Shown here: piece by piece, positions 59,701 to 64,000 of the stretch | Layout: every line of letters begins with the position of its first letter | How positions within the stretch are numbered: the stretch's first letter is position 1 | NCBI GenBank assembly: GCA_001724265.1 | Contig: MEDY01000081.1 | Location: 62,001 to 126,000, forward strand | Direction: 5' to 3' | Origin: Rhizaria sp. SCN 62-66 | Lineage: Eukaryota | DNA length: 64,000 nt | Made by a program: the position numbers and the translations under genes | Notes under the pieces: model-generated | What the model saw: the letters and a program-made list of their open reading frames with translations, nothing else | What the model was told of the DNA's origin: nothing | The model's database searches: none

Positions 59701-62700
59701 CGTGGCGAACTGCAACGCATTGCGCAGGCTGTGAAGAACGTCACTGCGGAGGCTAAGGCCGTCGTGGGCGACGTCGCTCGCACTGCAACCATCGCAGCTG
59801 TCGCTGCATCGGGCAACGCTAGCGACGCTATTGGTGGTGGGAAGGAAACAACAGCCGCTGTAGGCGAGCTCCAGAGCGTCGTGAACGGCATCTGTGTCGA
59901 GCTCGATCATCTCAAACACACAGGCAGCGCGCATGATGTTGCTGCACTCGCAGACGCTCTTGCTGCGACGCGTGTTGTCGTCGATAGTCTTGTCGCAAAC
60001 CGCAACAGTCACGACGCCGCGTTTGCCGCTCTTGCGGCCAGCGCAGAGCATGACCGCGCCGCAGTCACCACTGCGCTCCGGCAAGTCGGCGCTGCGACCG
60101 ATGCGACGGCGGACCTCGCCCGTGTTGCGTGCGGCGAGCTGGCGGCACGCGTTGACCGCGAGCTGCGTACGCTACGCGCTGAGACTGCAGCGCAAATCGC
60201 TGCGGTCGGCGCGCGCGCGAGGTCCGCTGCGGCTGCTGTGAGCGAGCGCGTGCGCGGTGTGGGCGACGAGCTCGCGAGCCAAAAATCGTCGCTGAATGCG
60301 CTCAACGCCAGTGTGAATGACATCATTGTGAACAACGAGAACAACAGCAGGAACGCGAGCATGTGCGATGTTTCGATGGCGGAGATGCGCGCTGTCGCAG
60401 TTGAAGCCGCTGAGGACGCTGTAGAGGACACAGAAGTGCGTCTCCAACGCTCAGTTTCTCACGCGCGTGATGCCTCTAAGCGCGCGGTCTCAGCCTCGAC
60501 CACGGCCGTCACTGCCACGCTCTCCATGGTAGAGAAGATGGAGGAGTCTCTGTCCGCAATCACAAAGCGCCTTAACGTGAACGACGTTGCCCTTGCGGCG
60601 CTGCACAACGACGCATCCGCGGCCGCCGACGCTGCTGCCGCCGCAGCCGCTGCCGCTGAAGCGAGTGCGCGGGCTGCTGATGAAGCCATCACAGTCGCGC
60701 GCCGCGCTGAGACAACGGCGGACTCTGCGGCCGCGCGCGCGCGTGCCGAAGCTGAAACCACTGCTGCCCGCGTCAGTGCAGCTGCGAGCGCCACCGAGGC
60801 CGCTGCCCGCGCCGCAGCTGCGACCGCAAGCGATGCCGCCACCGGCGCTGCTGCTGTTGCGGCGGCGCGTGAGGAGGCACAGCGCGAAGCGAAGGCTGTG
60901 CTTGCAGATAAATCGCTCGCCCGCGCGGTCGCCCGCGTTCTTGCGCGGGCGACAAGCGCCCCGCCGCGTCAGCAGCAGTCTAAGGCAGCGGAAGCAACAG
61001 ACGCCGCTCTGGCGCCGCTGCGAGACGCCGTCGACGCTGCAGTCGACAGCGCGCTTGCAGCACGGCAGGGTGTCATCACCGCAGCCGTGGCTTCTGCAGT
61101 CCCTGCGGTCGTAACTGCGCTGCTCGCTCCGACGACAGCAGCGGCAAATCACGAGACGGCGACTGCCGTCGTGCAGTCGGTGCTTGCCACCGCTGCGGAG
61201 GCCGCTGCTGCTGCCCCTGTTGCGTGCGCCGTCGCAGCCGTTGCTGCTGCTGAGCGCGGCCTATTATCACGCGTTGGCGACGCCCTTGTGTCCGCCGGCG
61301 CTACGGCTTCCGCTGCGAAGCAAGCCGCTGCAGACGCAGTTGCTGCTGGTGCTGCAGGTGGCGAGGCTGCTAAGGCTGCCGCTAGCGCCGCATTGGCTGC
61401 GGCAGAGCGCGCTGAGACTGCTGCAACGCTTGCGAAGGAACAGGCAGAGGCTGCCATTGCCGCTGCGGCTGTGGAAACTGCCGCTGCGAAGACTCAACAA
61501 GCGAGCGCGGTCGCGCAAAGGGACGCTGCGCGCTCGGCAACAGTCGCAGCGACTGAGCGCGAGAGTGAGCGTGCTCGTGCGGCCGAGACTGCAGCCGCAA
61601 GGACAGCTGCGGCGGTGCGCGCTCGTGTGCGCAAGATTCGTCGCAAGGCGGCGCGCGCGCTGGCGGTGGCGACCAAGGCTGCGGCGGCAACACAAGCGTT
61701 GCGACAGGCTGTGGTGGCGAAGCTGCGGGTGCCGAAGCCTGCTGCTGTGCCTCTGAGCGCGCTTGCGGCTGCGCTGGGTCCTGACGTAGCTGCAACTTCC
61801 GCCGGTATTAAGACAGGGCCGACGCACGCACAGAAGCGCGCCGAAGCTCGGGCCGCAGCTACGAAGGCTAAGAACGCACCCGCACCTGTCTCAGGTAAGG
61901 TTCAGAAGAGCAAGAAGGCTGCTACCAGCGCGCGCAAAAAGAAGGCAACTTCATCGAATGGCGACAGCGACACCAGCACTTCTCTTGGCGACGACGATGG
62001 GTTCAGTGATACCAGCGACAGTGACGGCGATGAGGACAATGACGATCTCGAAGCATTGTTTGCCTCAAGTCTCAACACCAGTCTTGATCACCTCCTTGAC
62101 TCTGACCCTGACAATGCCAGTGCGACGAACAGCGCTGCAGCAGTGAGTGACGCGAGTGAGAACACCCCAGTGTTGGCGACGGATGCGATTGCGTTGCTAC
62201 AAGCCCACAGCGCTGCCCACCGCCGTTGGCTGCGTGCGTCACTGACCTCAGCCATCGACGCACTGCGCAACGCAGTCACGACTGCAGTTGACGCTCGTGT
62301 TGCGGCCAGCACCAAGCGTGTCCGTGCTGCGGCTGCAGCCGCGACCAATGCTGCGGCAACCGCCAGCAAGGCCGCGGAGTCTGCCACGGCCGCTGTGACA
62401 TCTGACCGCGTAAGTGACGCTGCAACACAGCGCCTGCTTGCGCTTGAGTCTGCAATGGGATCGGATCGCGCTGCCGCTGCACAGGCGCACGCAGCACTAG
62501 CCACCCAAGCCTCACGGCTCTCGCTGGCTCAGGACGAGCTCGCGCAACGGCTCGCGCGTGTGGCTTCTGACAAGGAGCAGCACGTTGCGCAACGGCAAGC
62601 TCACGCTGCGGCAGCGTCTGAAGTTGTTTCACTCAAGGAAGAACTCTCGCGTCAGCGCGCGGCGTTAGCAGCAGTCTCTACGGCCGCGGAAGAAGTGCCG

Positions 62701-64000
62701 AAGATGCGTGCCGCTCTCGCAACACTCACGGAAGACGCAGCAGCGGCTGCCGCGGCGCGTGCACGCGACAATGCTGAGACGGGCGAGACTGCGCGCAAAG
62801 CAGCCGCGCTTGCTGGGGCTGTGGATGCGCACTTAGACGCGCTCTCCCGCCGCGTGACGGCTCTCAGCGAAGATACCGCTGCTGCTGCGCGCGAGGTAGC
62901 CGCATCTCGCGCCGCGGCGGCCGAGGCTGCGACTGTGAGCAGCGGTGTGGAGCGTGACGTTTCGCAGAACGCGGCCGAGACTGCGCTTCGTGTGGCTGCG
63001 ACGCAGGACCACGTGGCGCGTCTCCGCACTGAGCTCACTGGCGAGCTTGAGAGTTTGCGCTCGCTCCTCCACGACGCAACCACTCGCGCTGCCACACAGG
63101 CCGCATCTGCTGATGCTGCCGCTCACAGCGCTCTTGCGAGCGCACGTGCAGCTGAAGACTACTCAGCCCAAGCGCTGCGGCGCGCTGGAGAGAGTATGGA
63201 GGCCGCCGCGTCCGGCGCTGCAGTCGCAGTCGCTGCCCGAGAGGCCACACAGCAGGCCGCAGCCGCGCAGGAGGCCGACGTCCGGTCGCTGGGCGAAGCT
63301 CTGGCCATGGCAGCGGCAATGGCCAAAGCGGCGCAGGCGAAGGCGGACGACGCCGTGGCTGCAGCGCAGCGCGGACGCAAGGACGCCGCTGCTGCGGCCG
63401 CAACTGTTGAAGCGCTCGCGACCGCGCCCAGCCGCCTCGACCCCGCTGACCGCGCCAGCCTGATCTCCGAGGTCACTGCCACTGCGCGCGGCTTCGTTGA
63501 CGACGCAGTGGCGCGCGCCCGCGTCGAGATCGCTGACGGCGCGGACGCGATGCTGCGCACCGCGCTCGCGGCGTGGGCAGTGGCGGAGCGCGAGGTCGTG
63601 CGCGGACACGCAGCCGAGGCTGCTGTGGAGGCCGTGCGGCGAGGCGACGGCATGGCCGACATAGAGCAGCTCGTCGGTCGCAAGGTTGGTAAGGCGGAGC
63701 TTGCGCGCGTCCTCGGTCTTGCCAACAACAATGCGCAGAAGAACGGCGCCAGCCCCGCTGCTGCGCCAGCGCGAGTCGGTGAGTTGAGCGAGAAGGAAGC
63801 AGAGCTTGTTGCTGCAGCTGCGGCGCCGCTAGTGCAGCGCAAGGTTGCCGCCGCGTGTGCTGCTGCAGCGCGCAAGGCCGCTGCGGAGGCCGCTACAGAG
63901 GTTGTCCGGCCTGTCGCGGCGACTGCGGCAGGCCTGGAGAAGGCGTTGGTGCGCGTCGACACTCGGGCCACGCGCGCTGAGGCCACCGCGACGCGCGCTG
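56716..64000 (+). CDS. Very large Ala-rich predicted coiled-coil protein (3' partial, more than 2400 aa), function unknown
   Basis: ATG at 56716 (MSDRAPPVGASLSAV...). Frame +1 stays open to the window end, which is why it is absent from the ORF track. Helical A/E/R-rich composition with a K-rich then D/S-rich linker at about 61800-62150. Confidence 0.85.
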   Translation, partial: MSDRAPPVGASLSAVLAADGSPPLSNSERFARQLLRDRGLYTTHIERELERVSADYLRVSEMTTSLTDVRGTLQLHATRLSSLSSAVTATAEAHEASELEAARASTALRARNKALDERLSHVEALITTVRSTPAPVLPPPAPAPAPPAPVAVSAAPAFGPVQCAQEVRSQLAPATAALTARLDAGIEAVEDVITRVDARVSARVESALAKVEAAGSKAATAADAAAAAEAAADKADAAAARAQNETAALATAVAQCSAQQQLLKAALAAIPATPTVIAAPPAPAPAVAAAAPARPGPQSPLSASEESFWADHVCSWTVNDLTSRPDSALARAVATLTTAAVAPVAKTAADATAAAAAASRAAAAAQATATAAQASAADAVAGAEAAAQAAAQRADTAALSLQRRLQSLETKADAAAAAASNAAEAADAATAAAEAAAAPVKLKAAVAAEVSRAVDAAVAAAVAAAVADAVTAAVAAARSEWETAAAAREAATATKLRAAAETAAAAAATEAVSEVESRLLATARAQAQAQARERDRERAVQREGETAAVVALTSKVDAALLTAQQSQAASERAREACAGIGAAHKAEAAAVLAAIAEAETRAAAARTEAEARANEAEARLLAQSQSVAAAVDEKASKALAATEAKLQGATTAANEKASKALAAAEAARKAAAETTAKVTECTTVAKQASAAMQALKIASDEARSRLTPLATAVKTLATRIDATEAGFASKLAAAAKQTEASVDARFAAVSNAFDANLARFNTAQAAVVEDLSARVWSAEQVAARVAADTVARTTQLEQNIAEAAAAAVRTAEAAVAKVAADAAAEARARGDSGAAAARAAVSAAESAAAAATASADDARRTADAGQRAAETARRESARELAQALRAAEQSNERAVREARDAMGDVTRAHKDDLENKMRDSVDLMRDFERSIGEKLAQTARAGEETMRAAVEQVRRVQDRFSASLDAALAAEHVARAAHAAATAETAARVELDSTVRGELQRIAQAVKNVTAEAKAVVGDVARTATIAAVAASGNASDAIGGGKETTAAVGELQSVVNGICVELDHLKHTGSAHDVAALADALAATRVVVDSLVANRNSHDAAFAALAASAEHDRAAVTTALRQVGAATDATADLARVACGELAARVDRELRTLRAETAAQIAAVGARARSAAAAVSERVRGVGDELASQKSSLNALNASVNDIIVNNENNSRNASMCDVSMAEMRAVAVEAAEDAVEDTEVRLQRSVSHARDASKRAVSASTTAVTATLSMVEKMEESLSAITKRLNVNDVALAALHNDASAAADAAAAAAAAAEASARAADEAITVARRAETTADSAAARARAEAETTAARVSAAASATEAAARAAAATASDAATGAAAVAAAREEAQREAKAVLADKSLARAVARVLARATSAPPRQQQSKAAEATDAALAPLRDAVDAAVDSALAARQGVITAAVASAVPAVVTALLAPTTAAANHETATAVVQSVLATAAEAAAAAPVACAVAAVAAAERGLLSRVGDALVSAGATASAAKQAAADAVAAGAAGGEAAKAAASAALAAAERAETAATLAKEQAEAAIAAAAVETAAAKTQQASAVAQRDAARSATVAATERESERARAAETAAARTAAAVRARVRKIRRKAARALAVATKAAAATQALRQAVVAKLRVPKPAAVPLSALAAALGPDVAATSAGIKTGPTHAQKRAEARAAATKAKNAPAPVSGKVQKSKKAATSARKKKATSSNGDSDTSTSLGDDDGFSDTSDSDGDEDNDDLEALFASSLNTSLDHLLDSDPDNASATNSAAAVSDASENTPVLATDAIALLQAHSAAHRRWLRASLTSAIDALRNAVTTAVDARVAASTKRVRAAAAAATNAAATASKAAESATAAVTSDRVSDAATQRLLALESAMGSDRAAAAQAHAALATQASRLSLAQDELAQRLARVASDKEQHVAQRQAHAAAASEVVSLKEELSRQRAALAAVSTAAEEVPKMRAALATLTEDAAAAAAARARDNAETGETARKAAALAGAVDAHLDALSRRVTALSEDTAAAAREVAASRAAAAEAATVSSGVERDVSQNAAETALRVAATQDHVARLRTELTGELESLRSLLHDATTRAATQAASADAAAHSALASARAAEDYSAQALRRAGESMEAAASGAAVAVAAREATQQAAAAQEADVRSLGEALAMAAAMAKAAQAKADDAVAAAQRGRKDAAAAAATVEALATAPSRLDPADRASLISEVTATARGFVDDAVARARVEIADGADAMLRTALAAWAVAEREVVRGHAAEAAVEAVRRGDGMADIEQLVGRKVGKAELARVLGLANNNAQKNGASPAAAPARVGELSEKEAELVAAAAAPLVQRKVAAACAAAARKAAAEAATEVVRPVAATAAGLEKALVRVDTRATRAEATATRA

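Overview
Gene-dense eukaryotic (protist-like) nuclear DNA: very GC-rich, low-complexity-laden coding regions separated by short AT-rich spacers, with rare 120-220 nt GT-AG introns. In order: 3' part of a HUWE1/UPL1-type HECT E3 ligase, a LYR-motif protein, two tRNA-Leu(AAG) genes, S-adenosylhomocysteine hydrolase, a candidate structured ncRNA, a giant degenerate Stealth/GNPTAB-like gene, FAM183/CFAP144, a CSN5-like JAMM protein, a 4313-aa GCN2-like kinase, a triple PHD-Zn knuckle-ePHD chromatin protein, a TAF11-like protein, and an Ala-rich coiled-coil ORF of more than 2400 aa that runs off the window. The main observation is that two unrelated long genes each carry one in-frame TAG in the middle of apparently continuous coding sequence (20731-20733 minus; 50525-50527 plus), both in the context G-TAG-CYC-GTSG, while all nine inferred gene ends use TAA or TGA. 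This suggests UAG is read as sense (codon reassignment, programmed readthrough or editing), although two base-call errors or nonsense alleles cannot be excluded from this window. Protein family calls come from motif recognition by eye, not database searches.
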